DNA of 64,000 nucleotides from the human T2T-CHM13v2.0 reference genome, Homo sapiens: assembly GCF_009914755.1 (NCBI RefSeq), contig NC_060947.1. The stretch is one strand, 5' to 3'. The position numbers and the translations under genes are program-made. The notes beneath the pieces were generated by a model. That model had not been told where the DNA came from and did not search any database. It saw nothing but the letters and a program-made list of their open reading frames with translations. This document shows positions 1-17,903 of the stretch, piece by piece. Within the stretch, counting starts at the first letter, position 1. Each line of letters opens with the position of its first letter.

Positions 1-123
1 CACCAAGGTTGACTACATCCCAGGTCATAAAACAAACCTCAACAAATGGAAAAGAAGTGAAATCATATAGAGTATATTCTCAGACCATAATAGAATCAAA
101 GTAGAAATCAAAAACAGAAAGAC

Positions 124-438
<315 letters not shown>

Positions 439-544
439 CTACAAGAAGTTCTCCAAACACTTGGAAACTAAGCGTCACACTTCTCATCAGTACAGTGGCT
501 TGAATGCCTGAATGTAGATGAAAATATACCATATCAAAACTCGT

Positions 545-885
<341 letters not shown>

Positions 886-1069
886 TTATATGAGGAAAAG
901 ATGAAAGGCCTCAAATGAATAATCTAAGCTCCCACTTTAACTAGAAAAAGAAGAGCAAGATAAACCCAAAGTAAGTGAAGGAAGGAAATAATAAAAGAAC
1001 AAAAGTCAATGTAATCAAAAACAGAAAAACAGAAAAAGCAATCCATCTAAAAACTGGTTCTTCCAAAAG

Positions 1070-1170
1070 AGAGATTCTGACTTAATTGGTAATGGGTGCA
1101 ATTTGGACATTGGGATTTTTGTAAGTTCTCCATATGATTCCCATGTGTAATGGGGGTTGAGAACCTCTGC
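1070..1170. mobile_element. MER5-like hAT fragment
   Basis: GATTCTGACTTAATTGG...GGGTTGAGAACCTCTG resembles the MER5 consensus. Confidence 0.55.
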
Positions 1171-2079
1171 TGGGGAGGCCAAATACATTTTTTTGGGATT
1201 TAACATGTATTGGCATTTATCTACCAGACCCTTTGATTTCTCCCCAGGGAAATTTGTTGCCATTTCATTTTCCCTCATTTTTTGTTGCCTTCAAAGTCAG
1301 TACTGACTTGTATGTTAACTTCCATGTCTGACTGCTCCTTTGCCATGGGCATTGATCTGACCAGAGGTGAGGGTTTAACAGTAACCCTCCTTCATGTCAC
1401 ACCCATATCCTATTTGATTGATCTTGGGATTAACTCAAACCCCCCTCTAATTGGTTTGTCACACATCATTGGTTAACAGTTTTAGGCTGTGATCACCCAA
1501 GCCACAGTGTTTGGTGCACCTGGTCCTGTGACCCTGGCTCTGTGGGAGCCAAAGGACTTGGTTTCTCAGTTTTTTCCTTGTCTGTCCTCTTTCTGGTGGC
1601 CAGTACAGTGCCTGCCCTCTGTTAGCACAGTATTAAAAGTTGGTGTGCAGTGGATTTGAACTTGCTCAGTAAGTTTGGGGTCATTTCTGTGTGTTTAACC
1701 TTATATGTGAGGTTTACATGCCTCACATATAAGGCATGTTACGTTGTTACGAAAACCTGGGATAAAGGTTGTTTTTCCTTCTAATAAATTGGGATGATTA
1801 CTTTAAATCACATGAACGTTATTGTAAATGTATAATGGGTACATGTGGGTAAAAATTTCAGTGTGGAAACAACTCACAGCAGCAGATAAAACAATGGGAA
1901 ATCGTTTTTTTAAATCGTTTGAGTTTCTATCTGGAGAAAGAATTGTGTATTTCATAGTAAAAGCATCTCTTATTGATTTACTTTACTCTTAAGAGGTCTT
2001 ATCTGCAAATGGTATTTTATCTTAAAGGGACTTGTTTTGTACATGTATATATCTTTTTATTCTTAAGATACCAAGTTGA

Positions 2080-2425
<346 letters not shown>

Positions 2426-2501
2426 TAAATTAAGAAAATGTACTGCAAAATTTTTAAAAGTTATTGGAACTGGGGGCCTTTTCTTCAAAAGACATAAAGC
2501 A

Positions 2502-2818
<317 letters not shown>

Positions 2819-3185
2819 TTAGAAAGGGCTAGCACCATTAAAATCTGTCAAGATAACATTATAGAGTTGACCACCGAGTGAGGTCTATAGCAGCCAAACA
2901 GTGAGCTGAGAAATTAGGGATTGGGGTGGGGAGTGTTAGGAGAGTGATAATTCAATTGTATTCTTCAAATTTTCAATATTCTTTCTTTCAGTAAACATTT
3001 TTTTTAGTTTAGACCGGAGGTTGACAAATCAGCGTGTGAGCTAAATCTAGCTTGTCACTTATTTTGATATGGCCTACAAGCATACAGAATGGTTTTTACA
3101 TTTTTAAATCATTGAAAAATAATGAAAGGAAGAATAATATTTCATAACACATGAAAATTATATGAAATTCAAATAGTATAATAAA

Positions 3186-3483
3186 GTTTTTTTTTCTTTT
3201 TTGAGACAGAGTCTCACTCTGTTGCCCAGGCTGGAGTGCAGTGCATGATCTTGGCTCACTGCGACCTCCACCTCCTGGGTTCAAGCAATTCTCATGCCTC
3301 AGCTTCCTGAATAGCTGGGATTATAGGCATTCACCACCACGCCTGGCTAATTTTTGTATTTTAAGTAGAGATGTGGTTTTGCCGTGTTGTCCAGGCTGAT
3401 CTCGAACTCCTGACCTCAGGTTATCTGTCTGCCTCGGCCTCCCAAAATGCTGGGATTACAGGCGTGAGCCACTGCACCCGGCC
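3186..3483 (-). mobile_element. AluS (part of the inverted duplicate)
   Basis: Reverse Alu dimer. Confidence 0.93.
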
Positions 3484-3494
3484 ACAAGTTTTGA

Positions 3495-3886
<392 letters not shown>

Positions 3887-4776
3887 GGAATAAAGTTTTA
3901 TTCCGAAGAGAGTTGTGTTCATTTGTTTATGTACTGTCTATGGCTGCCTTCATGCTACAATGGCAGATTTGAGTAGTTGTGACAGAGACCATGTGGCCCT
4001 CAAAGCCAAAGATATTTCCTATCTGGTCCTTTACAGAAAAAGTTGGGTGACCCCTGGTTTAGACACACTTCCCAACCTGGCCTTCTCATGCAAGGTGATT
4101 TCTACTCACAGAGTTTGAAATTCCCAAATAATTTGCTAACAAGTCTTTATATTAAAGAGGGTAAGCCTGGTTCCTGGTGACAGAGATAATTGTGGTTGAC
4201 AAAGAAATACTTGTCTGTGGCAGGAATCTGCCTAGGTAAATTTGTATGTTCTTCCTTTATTTTTCCTTGGATGTTTTTTGAGGGCTTTGGAAAAGAGTTG
4301 ACCTCCAGACTCCTCATCTGGTCACAAGATTCATGAGTCATATGGTATATCTTAATTTTAAAAAATAAGCTTTGAAATGCTGAGATAAAGTCTTCATTTA
4401 GAAAAGTTCATTATCCCAACTTCTGCTATCTCTTTCAAAGATTTGTTAGGGGTGAGGAGAAGCAGTGACATATGTAGAATATGTTCTCTTCTTATTTTTT
4501 GTTTATTCAATCTCTAGATAGATGTTTATGGCTTTAATTACTGGACTACTGAGAAGTGGTAGAAATGAAAGATACACAAGATGAACAGATTTGAAGGATA
4601 GAGTTTTGTTTCCATGACATTGAAGCAGGGATAGAATTGTTTTGTAGAGAGGGGTGAATTCTGAATTAAAGCACAGGCACTTAAACTGTCTTACTATAGA
4701 GGTTAGGATTGTTTGCCCCAAAGCAGAGGATAATCAGCTCAAGAAACACATTTATAGCATTCATGACTTCTATTTA

Positions 4777-5403
<627 letters not shown>

Positions 5404-5852
5404 GTTTGGGAGGTTCTTTGACCACATGGGCAGGAATTCACCCTTCGGGATATAAGAAACATGCTGCTCTGGTCTGACCAGTGGCTTAACTGAAATGTCT
5501 GTCTCTGATAATGGCTCTGAATATTTTCCTGAAAGCCTAAGGGAGCTAGACTTTCAGATGTTTCTTTCCTTAAGGATTACTTCCAAATACCATCACAGAT
5601 TTATTCTGATTTTTATCTCAGTCCTTCTTGAACTTGTTTACATTTTCATTTTGTTTCACTTCTTGAACTGATGAGTTCTCTAAGTTAGTTCCCTAAGCAT
5701 GGCTGAAAGTCCTGTTTTCCTTTTGATAAAATTGCCTTTAGGTTTCAGGGAATACCCCTTTGTTATTTAATTCTATAATTGGATGAATAAAATCAAGCTG
5801 ATCATTTCTACACTCTTCTTAATAGCTCATTGATTTCTGTTTCATCCCTTTA

Positions 5853-6077
5853 GAGCAAGATTTCTCAGCCTTGGCACTGTTGACATTTTGAGCCAGATAA
5901 GTCTGCACATTGTAGGGGACTATTTCTGTGCCTTGTAGGATGTTTAACGGCATCCCTCCTGACCTCTATCCCTAGATGCCAGTAACATCAATTATTGTGA
6001 TAACCGATAAATGTCTCCAGATATTGCCAAATGTCCCCTGGGGGGGCAAAATTGTCTTCAGTTAAGAATCACTGCTT
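5853..6077. mobile_element. MER20 hAT element
   Basis: TTTCTCAGCCTTGGCACTGTTGACATTTTG...AAATGTCTCCAGATATTGCCAAATGTCCCCTGGGGG. Confidence 0.85.
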
Positions 6078-6584
6078 AGATCTTTGGCTTTTCCAAAATG
6101 CAAAGTCTGTGCGACTGTCTTGATGACACAGAGATGTCTCTGTTTAATTGATTATATTGCACTTTTCTGGATTTCTTTCAGCTCTGGTTAATGTCCATCT
6201 TGAATGACAGTGATGGCCACTTTTATAGTTTCAATGTTTCAAGTCAGCTGAATCATTTGGGAGTGACATGGGAACAGATATCTTGAAATCTTAGAAAAGT
6301 ATTTTTTCCGGTTGTAAACGTCCTATATGTTTACTCTAAAACTGTGGGGAATGGAAAAATTCAGAAAGAATGTTTTTATCAACCAGAAATCTGTCACTTC
6401 AGTGCAACTAATGTTAGTAAATTGGTTTATGGTTTTTGCTTTCTATATATTTTATTTCATACATGTATAGTAATTTCACTGTAAAACCAATTTTTATACA
6501 TTTTAAAACAACTTAGCATAAATGTTTCCCTGTATACCATGTTTAAATGACTGGATGAAATACCATAATATTAATGTACCTTAA

Positions 6585-7040
<456 letters not shown>

Positions 7041-8065
7041 TAGAAATAGAATTCCTAGGTCAAACGGTGTGAATATGTTTAAAGTAGAGCATTATTTTTT
7101 AAACTGCTACATGGCCCTGCAGAGGGCAGTGAATAGGGGCCCCTTGCACTGACCATGCATTTCAAAAGTATGTCTCATGGGTATATAGTAGGAAAGGAAA
7201 GGGCTATGTTTGAGCTAATCACTTTTCCTTTCCTTGGCCTGCATGTTCTTCCGTGGGAATATTAATGGGGAGTCAAGTAGCCACCAAACCGCAGGCTTAG
7301 GTTCCAGTCCCAAATAATCCCAGTTGGGTTGACTTCCAGACAGTCCTCCTTTAAAAGGGTATTTTACTCAAGGAAGACATTTACTCCAGACATTTGTATT
7401 TTGCCTGGTTTGCAGTCACTGTTAAACCACTGTGCTGTTAATTATTGTACTTGAGATGATAGTAGGAATAAGATCTGAAAACTGCCATCAAATTACTGTT
7501 CCCAGTGGTGCAAGGTGAGGTCTAGTGTACATTTTGTTTCTGCCAAAATGAAGGTAAGGAAGAAAAGAATGCCTTTATAAAGTCTGTGCTCTGATCTGAG
7601 GACTAGAAAATAAACAGCTGAATAATATAACCAAGTGTAAGACATCGAGATATATCACAGTTACTCCAGGATTACACTATACTGATTTATGGTTTTGTTT
7701 AACAAAACATTTTATTCTAAGGTAATTTTTTTCATGGTACAAATAAATTTATTTGCTTGTTTTATGTTCCTTATTCCTCTTTTCTTCCCAAGAAGTTACT
7801 TTGACAATCACAGACCTTATTGGGCCTCTTTCCCTTCTAGTTCTTAAATGAATATTCATGACAGGGACATCACAGAAAACAATTGTTTGCCGTATGCTTT
7901 CAGGTGTCATCAAGCATCATGCTCAGCCCCTGGGCTGCTGTGACTTTGAGATCTGCCTGGTCAACTAAAGAGGGCTAGTCCTTCTATGGGGCTTTTCTTT
8001 CTTAAAAAAATTTTTTTGACATACAAAAAGCTGTACATAGTTAATATATACAACTAGATGAGTTT

Positions 8066-8358
8066 GGCTGGGTGTGGTGGCTCACGCCTGCAATCCCAGC
8101 ACTTTGGGAGGCCAAGGTGGGTGAATCACTTGAGGTCAGGAGTTGGAGACCAGCCTGGCCAGCATGGTGAAACCCCATCTCTACTAAAAATACAAAAACT
8201 AGCCAGGTGTGGCAGAGCATGCCTGTAATTCCAGCTACTCAGGGGCTGAGGCATGAGAATCGCCTGAATTCGGGAGGCAGAGGTTGCAGTGAGCTGAGAT
8301 TGCACCACTGCACTCTAGCCTGGGTGACGGAGTGAGACTCTGTCTCAAAAACAACAAC
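8066..8358 (+). mobile_element. AluS
   Basis: Full dimer; TSD ACTA(G/A)ATGAGTTT. Confidence 0.93.
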
Positions 8359-8639
8359 AGCTACTAAATGAGTTTGGAGATAAGTATATACCTATAAACT
8401 ATCATCACAATCTATGCCATAAACCTATCTATCACCCCCAAAAGTTTCCCTTTGCTCTATTCTTCTGTCGTGGTAAGAACACAATATAAAGGCCTATCCT
8501 GTTAGCAAACTTTTAGGTATACAATATAGTATTGTTAACTATAGCACTCTGCTGTACAAAAGATCTCTAGGACTTACCTTAAATTAAGTAGTACATTCTT
8601 AAAATTACCACTTAATAAGGATTCACATGTTAAGTAGGG

Positions 8640-8970
8640 GTGCCTAGAAGCAGAACCTGAGACAGTATTCAAATGCACATGATTTATTGAGGAGTGTTCT
8701 CAGGAGAAACCTGTAAGGGGAAGAGGGTAACCGGGTAAGGAAGGAGCAGCCAGTTAGGGTCTTAAGAAAATCTAGCCATAGCCTGTTTGAGGTGATGGCA
8801 GAACAATTATTGACTGCAGGCTGCCTCTGGGAGGGAGACTGGAAGAGTGTAATCCCCAGTTCTTGGGAAGAGAGGGGCCATTGTGAGCCATTAGCAGCCA
8901 ACAAGAAGTAGCTGGAAAATGGGTACAGTATGCTAGCTAGGTAAACAGGATTGGGTGGGGGCAGCACAGT
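8640..8970 (-). mobile_element. ERVL-class LTR fragment (LTR16/LTR33-like)
   Basis: GCAGAACCTGAGACAG...ATGATTTATTGAGGAGTGTTCTCAGGAGAAA resembles old ERVL LTR ends. Confidence 0.5.
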
Positions 8971-9101
8971 GTGTTATTCCTTTGCCTGTTTATTTTGTGC
9001 AGGATACTGTGCTAAGAGCTAGGGGTAAAAAATGAATGTGACACAGTCCCTGCTTTCAAGATGCTTGTGGTCTAGTGACAACAGGGCTGACCATGTAAAG
9101 C

Positions 9102-9309
9102 AGCAGTGTCCAATCTTTTGGCTGCCCTAGGCCACATTGGAAGAATTCTCTTGGGTCACACATAAAATGCACTAACACCTAACGATAGCTGATGAGCTTT
9201 AAAGAATCACAAAAAAAATCTCAGTGTTTAAAGAAAGTTTATGAATGTGTGTTTGGTGGCATTCACAGCCGTCCTGTGCCACATGCAGGCTGCGGGTTGG
9301 ACAAGCTTG
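9102..9309. mobile_element. MER30 hAT element
   Basis: GTGTCCAATCTTTTGGC...GATAGCTGATGAGC...GGGTTGGACAAGCTTG. Confidence 0.8.
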
Positions 9310-9766
9310 ATGTAAAGAATATTGATGGTGCAAGTGAGGTGCTTCTTTGCATGTACTTGGATGGAAAGCAAAGGAGTGAATAATTGTGGGGGAGGGACGT
9401 CTGGGAAGCTTCATCGAGGACATCCAATGAATGAATAGAACCAGGGTTGGGGAAAATGGGCTGGTCAAGGAAAACATGGGGAGGAATTGTAGGTAGAAGG
9501 AAGAGCCCTGTGCAAAGGCTGGCAAGCAAGTATGAAACAAGACGAACGTGTTCCCGGAATCACATGGGGCATAGTATATGCCAAACAATTGGAGTGGATT
9601 GGGGGGAACAGCAGTTGATGAGGCCTGAGAGACTGGGAGCCAGAACTGGGCCTCGCAAGCCATGCTGAGGAGATTGGGCTTAGAAGGGGCACCATTCTTG
9701 CTGTCATCCCTCCAGCCTGTCCTCTGGCTTCTGGATCAACTTGGAGTGCTCATTGTCAATGTACCT

Positions 9767-9785
9767 GACTGCCCCCTGGTGGCCA
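9767..9785 (-). promoter_or_regulatory. Candidate CTCF binding site
   Basis: Reverse complement TGGCCACCAGGGGGCAGTC fits the core CCASYAGRKGGCRS with no mismatch. Confidence 0.6.
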
Positions 9786-10489
9786 TGTTGCTCTAAGCAT
9801 GTCGCTTTAATGCTTCTGAGCCCCAATTTCCTCATCTGTAAAATGGCTGCTGCTGCTATGTGTAGGACTGTTGTTGTGCTTAGAAATAATAAATAGAGAT
9901 ATAAAGATTTACCATCATTGAATTATTCTGCTGATATTTATTGTTTTCTGTCATTTTCCTACAATAATTAAAACAGCAGTATGTCACAGAAATGGACAGA
10001 CAAATCACTGGACTTTAAACAGCCCATACCCAAAAATTAACTTGCTTTGTTTTCTTTTCTAAAAGTCATTGATGACTCATTTTCTTATTTCCCAGGACTG
10101 GTGTAACTCGTATTAGATAATCTGTTTCCTAGGCTTTTTACTGATAATACAAGATTTTTTGTTTCCATCTATAATAAAAAATAGTTGTTACTGTAATTGT
10201 TTTAAAAATGCCAAATTTTGCCTATTCTTTAAAATCTCCCTCTGTCAAGAACAGTTTGATAACTCTTTTACTTAAAGAACAGAATATTATAGAAAATGGA
10301 GAAACTGTTTTATCCAAAGTACACATACCCAGAACTTCAGATGAGAGGAGTATCCATCTCACAAGAAGTCTTAGGTCTTCTGAAACTCTCAGGGAGGTGA
10401 GGAGAGAGGGTCCATGGTCAGTTGGCTTTCTTCACTGAGATTTTTAGAGAATAAAACTGTTTTTTCTATGACATTTGTTGCCCTTGATC

Positions 10490-11770
<1,281 letters not shown>

Positions 11771-11772
11771 GT

Positions 11773-12240
11773 TGTGGTAGGCAGAGATGTCCGTGTCCTA
11801 ATCTCTGCAACCTATGAATATGTTAAGATTGCTATTTAGCTGACTATAAAATAGGGACATTATCCTGGATTATCTGGGTGGGTCCAATGTAATTACATGG
11901 GTTCTTAAAAGTGGAAGAGGGAAGCAGAACAGAAGGGTCAGAGAATGAGATGCGATGACAGAAACAGGATCAGAGAGATTCAGTGTTGTTTGCCTTGAAG
12001 ATGGAAGAAGACAGCCGAGATCAAGGGAGTAAGAGTGTCCTCTAAAAGCTGTAATAGGCAAGGAAATGAGTTCTCCCCTGTAGCCTCTAGAAAGGAACGC
12101 AGTCCTGATGACATCTTGATTTTAGCTCGGTGAGACCTGTGTCAAAATCCTGACCCACTAAACTATAAGATAGTAAATTTATGTAGTTTTAAGCCACTGA
12201 GTTTGTGATAATTTGTTACTGTAACGTTAGAAAACTAATA
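11773..12240 (+). mobile_element. MLT1 (MLT1D-like) MaLR LTR
   Basis: TGTGGTAGGCAG start, TTATCCTGGATTATCTGGGTGGGTCCAATGTAAT, ...GAAAACTAATA end. Confidence 0.8.
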
Positions 12241-12669
12241 GGTGTTTTAGAAAAGCTTCTATTAAAATAGGATTTTATACATTTGGGTATACTGTGTATC
12301 TGAACAATTTTTATATATGCAACATCCCCATGATATCAGATAAATGAAGTGCTACTCTAAGTAGATCTGTGCATTCAGTGGGGAATAGTTAGAAAATGTA
12401 TTACTTTTATTTCTGCTTAAATTTCTACATTCATTGTGACTTTAAATTCCCCACTACTACTTTTTAATAGGAAGTGTCTTGTTGTTACTGTTGGTTTTGT
12501 TTGCGTTTCAGAAGAGATTTGAATGAAATTTTGCACCAGAGAGCCAAATGTAGCCCCAAAAATTTATGTGATGGGAGGCTCTTTTTTAAAAATATTCAAT
12601 TGACTTTGACTGTAGGACAAACAGAACCTTAGTTAATGGTTCTGATTCTTGTACTAATTTTATTAGTTT

Positions 12670-14870
<2,201 letters not shown>

Positions 14871-15892
14871 TCTGTGAGCTTTTTAATGTAAAATTTTGTT
14901 GCTGCTATTCTTAATTGCTCAGAGTGGCCTTGTATTTGGATTTCTACCTCCTCAGTAGATTGTAAATAGCTTGAAGGCAGTAGCCCTGACCTTTATTCAT
15001 TATGGAATCATGATAGCCCCTGGTAGCATGTTGTATGTTGTGGCACATAAAAGAATGTCAGTCACTGGCTATATTGCTGTCTTTTCAAGTTTACATTTTC
15101 AGCACTTCGTTTGTGACTTAAAGTGCTTAACTGTGTCTTCCTTTTTTCTTACACTCCAGTGCTAGTGTGTTCCCAGAAGGGTGATGCTTCTTTTTTATCT
15201 GTCATTGGCCATACTCAGGGAAGTACACTTGAACCGTTGGAAGTTTTAGTCCAAAGCATTTTTATTTACCCTTCACAATATAGGAGCTTTGTTTAACATT
15301 CCTTGTAGTGTATATATAATTTTGACTTTAGGCTACTTATTTGGGATATGGGGACAGGAAGAGAGTGAGAGAGGGATAAAGGGCAGGCAGAAAATCAGTG
15401 TGGTCGTGTTCTTAAAGGTGGATGTGCCTCACTTGTTCTTTCTTCAGCCAACTATGTCTCATGCTTTTCAACCTTGGCTCTTGATGGCCCTGCCCTCATG
15501 ACTGATTTTTTCTTTCCTGTTCGTCTCTTATTGGGGATCACTGGCTGGTTATGGCCCCATGGCTGCCCCACCCTTTGTTTTGGTGGACAGTGGCCATGTG
15601 GCCACATCTGAGGCTCCAGTTAGTGCTGTACCACTCATTTGTGGCTTGGGCTTCCTCCTAAGGCTAATGTGGCCTTTCTTAGTCTTTGACATGCTTTGTA
15701 TTGAAAGATCTGGTAGTACTCTTCTGTCATTATTCTAAGTCATTTGAGAATATTCTTGACAAAAATCATTCAGTTTGTATGATTTGCTTGCTGCTATTTC
15801 TGGGATCCATGGGACAGTGTTGACTGCCCTCTGGGATGGGTGTGTGTGAACTGTTTTATTCAGTGTTTTTCTTTTTCCCAGGATGCTCCAGG

Positions 15893-15938
15893 ATGAAACG
15901 CCATAGGCCTGTCAGCAGCAGTGACAGTTCAGACGAAA
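15893..15938 (+). CDS. JADE3: JADE3 first coding exon (exon spans 15882-15938; aa 1-15 MKRHRPVSSSDSSDE + 1 nt)
   Basis: Polypyrimidine tract and CCCAG acceptor at 15880-15881, ATG at 15893, donor A|GTGAGT at 15939; peptide matches the recalled JADE3 N-terminus; phase 1 fits the next exon. Confidence 0.95.
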
Positions 15939-16710
15939 GTGAGTAGAACCGGCTGGCAGCTGGTAACCTTTCTATCTATATCCCTTGAGGATTTTTCCTT
16001 TCATTTGAGGATAAACCATTTCATGCTTTTTTCAATGGTTGAAAAATGTTTCTGAGAAGGAAAATTCAGGGCACCATTATCTTATTTAAATTTCATTAGA
16101 GATAGATAAATTAGAAGAATTGATTGTGTGTGGCATATAACTTTTCACTTTTCATTTACCTAAATAACAAAAGCCAGATCTAGTAATGCTTTAACAGAGC
16201 TTCTCTAGAAAGAAGAAAAGTACAAGAGCATAAATTGTAGGCCCTGATTCTAATTGTAGCTTAGGTACTAAGTGTTTGACTGTGAGTCAATCATCATTTG
16301 TAAAAGGCAGTAACCTTATTAGCAATAGCCTTTGGGGAAGTGCTGAAGGATACACAGATTACTTGCTCCACATTTGTAGTTTTTCCAGTTGTTTTTGGAG
16401 ATACTTTTTCTTCAAGTGGAATATGAATTGTGTTATTGCAGAACATTATGAGGTGTGATTATACCAAATCAGATAATCTCATCCTTAGCATTGTTGAAGC
16501 TTTTGCACTGTAGGAGATCATCTATAAATGTCACTAAACTCCATTATGAGGCACTCTTCAGTGCAGTTTGACTGTTTTCTTCAGTGGTATGAGCTCTCTG
16601 GTTTCTCCATCATATTTTTCATATTCTCTTGGGTGACATTTAGTTTTATGACATTTAGTTATATTAGTAGGTAATGTGTCTCAGTATTTTTTTCTAATTA
16701 TCTTTCACAG

Positions 16711-16790
16711 GTCCTTCCACTTCCTTTACTTCTGGCTCAATGTATAGGATCAAGTCAAAAATTCCAAATGAACACAAGAAACCTGCTGAG
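16711..16790 (+). CDS. JADE3: JADE3 coding exon (SPSTSFTSGSMYRIKSKIPNEHKKPAE, aa 16-42)
   Basis: tctttcacAG acceptor, GAG|GTGAGA donor, 80 nt, phase 1 to 0. Confidence 0.96.
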
Positions 16791-16820
16791 GTGAGATCGT
16801 ATTCTCAATTTTTAGACTTA

Positions 16821-17239
16821 AGCTATAGTTTGGATGCTTGTCTTCCAAAACCTCATGTTGAAATTATATCCCAATGTTGGAGGTGCAGGCCTAATGGGAG
16901 ATGTTTGGATCATGGGAATATATCCCTCATAAATAGATTAATGCCCTCCCAGAGCAGGGGGGTAAGTGAGTTTTTCACTCCGTTAGTTCCCTTCAGAGCT
17001 GGTTGTTACAAAGAGTCTGGCACCTCCTCCCATTCTCTCTTGCTTCGTCTCTGGCCATGTGATCACATATGCTAGCTCTCCTTTGCCTTCCACCATGAGT
17101 AGAAGCAGCCTGAGGCCCTTACCAGCTGCCCAGTCTTGAACCTTCCAGCCAGCAGAACCATAAGCTAAATAAACCTCTTTTCTTTATAAATACTTAGCCT
17201 CAGGTATTCCTTTATAGCAATACTAAATAAACTAAGACA
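16821..17239 (+). mobile_element. MST (MSTB-like) MaLR solo LTR, sense to JADE3
   Basis: GCTATAGTTTGGATG...AAACCTCATGTTGAAAT...AATAAACCTCTTTTCTTTATAAAT...CTAAGACA; near-TSD ACTTA/ACTTT. Confidence 0.85.
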
Positions 17240-17903
17240 ACTTTTAAAAATATAAATGTCTGCCTCCTAACTATATACCAACAATACCCAGAATCTGAAG
17301 ATGTGAAGAATAAAGAATGTGTCAGTGGGTAGGCTTGTTTTCTGATGAACTTATTTGTTTTCCAAGAAAGATTTCATTTTCTATCTCCTTTAGGAGAACA
17401 ATAATCTTCACACTGTGATTTCATTTTGTGATTTCAATCATCTTCACACTGTGATGACACATAGTGCCTGGCTTTAGAATATTCCTCCCCTAACCAGGAA
17501 GTCAAAGAGAGCCAGACTAGGGGAACTGGGAAGGACCTAGAGATCTCCTGGCCTATGATTGGGAAAAGCTAAGTTAGCAGGTGAGGAGAGATAGTACAGA
17601 AAGGTATAGGTGAGTAGGTTGTAGATGGACTACATTAAAGATCATATGGGTCATGGTCTGTGAAGCTGTGATGGGTCCTTACAGCCTTTGGATCACTGCT
17701 GGCCCAGAAAGAGTAGGTCAATCCTTATCAGGCTGGTCATCTTTTCCACAAAGGGCAGCAAAGTGCCAGCGTTCCTCTTGGACTTGATAATGGTTTAGTG
17801 GATCCTACAGACTTTCCTCTGTGATAATTAAATGATAAAATGACTTTGTATATCTTCACTTCTACTATGAGTAGACTTCCTTAGCTGTAAAGGAACAGAG
17901 AAT

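Noticed and set aside
1294-1309. 16-bp palindrome AAGTCAGTACTGACTT
   Set aside because: About one 8-bp-arm palindrome is expected by chance in 64 kb; no supporting context
9199-9707. 154-aa and overlapping ORFs
   Set aside because: Overlap MER30 and L2-like purine-rich sequence; no recognisable protein similarity
17404-17455. ATCTTCACACTGTGAT repeated twice with a spacer, superficially CRISPR-like
   Set aside because: Only two copies in primate intronic DNA; simple local slippage duplication
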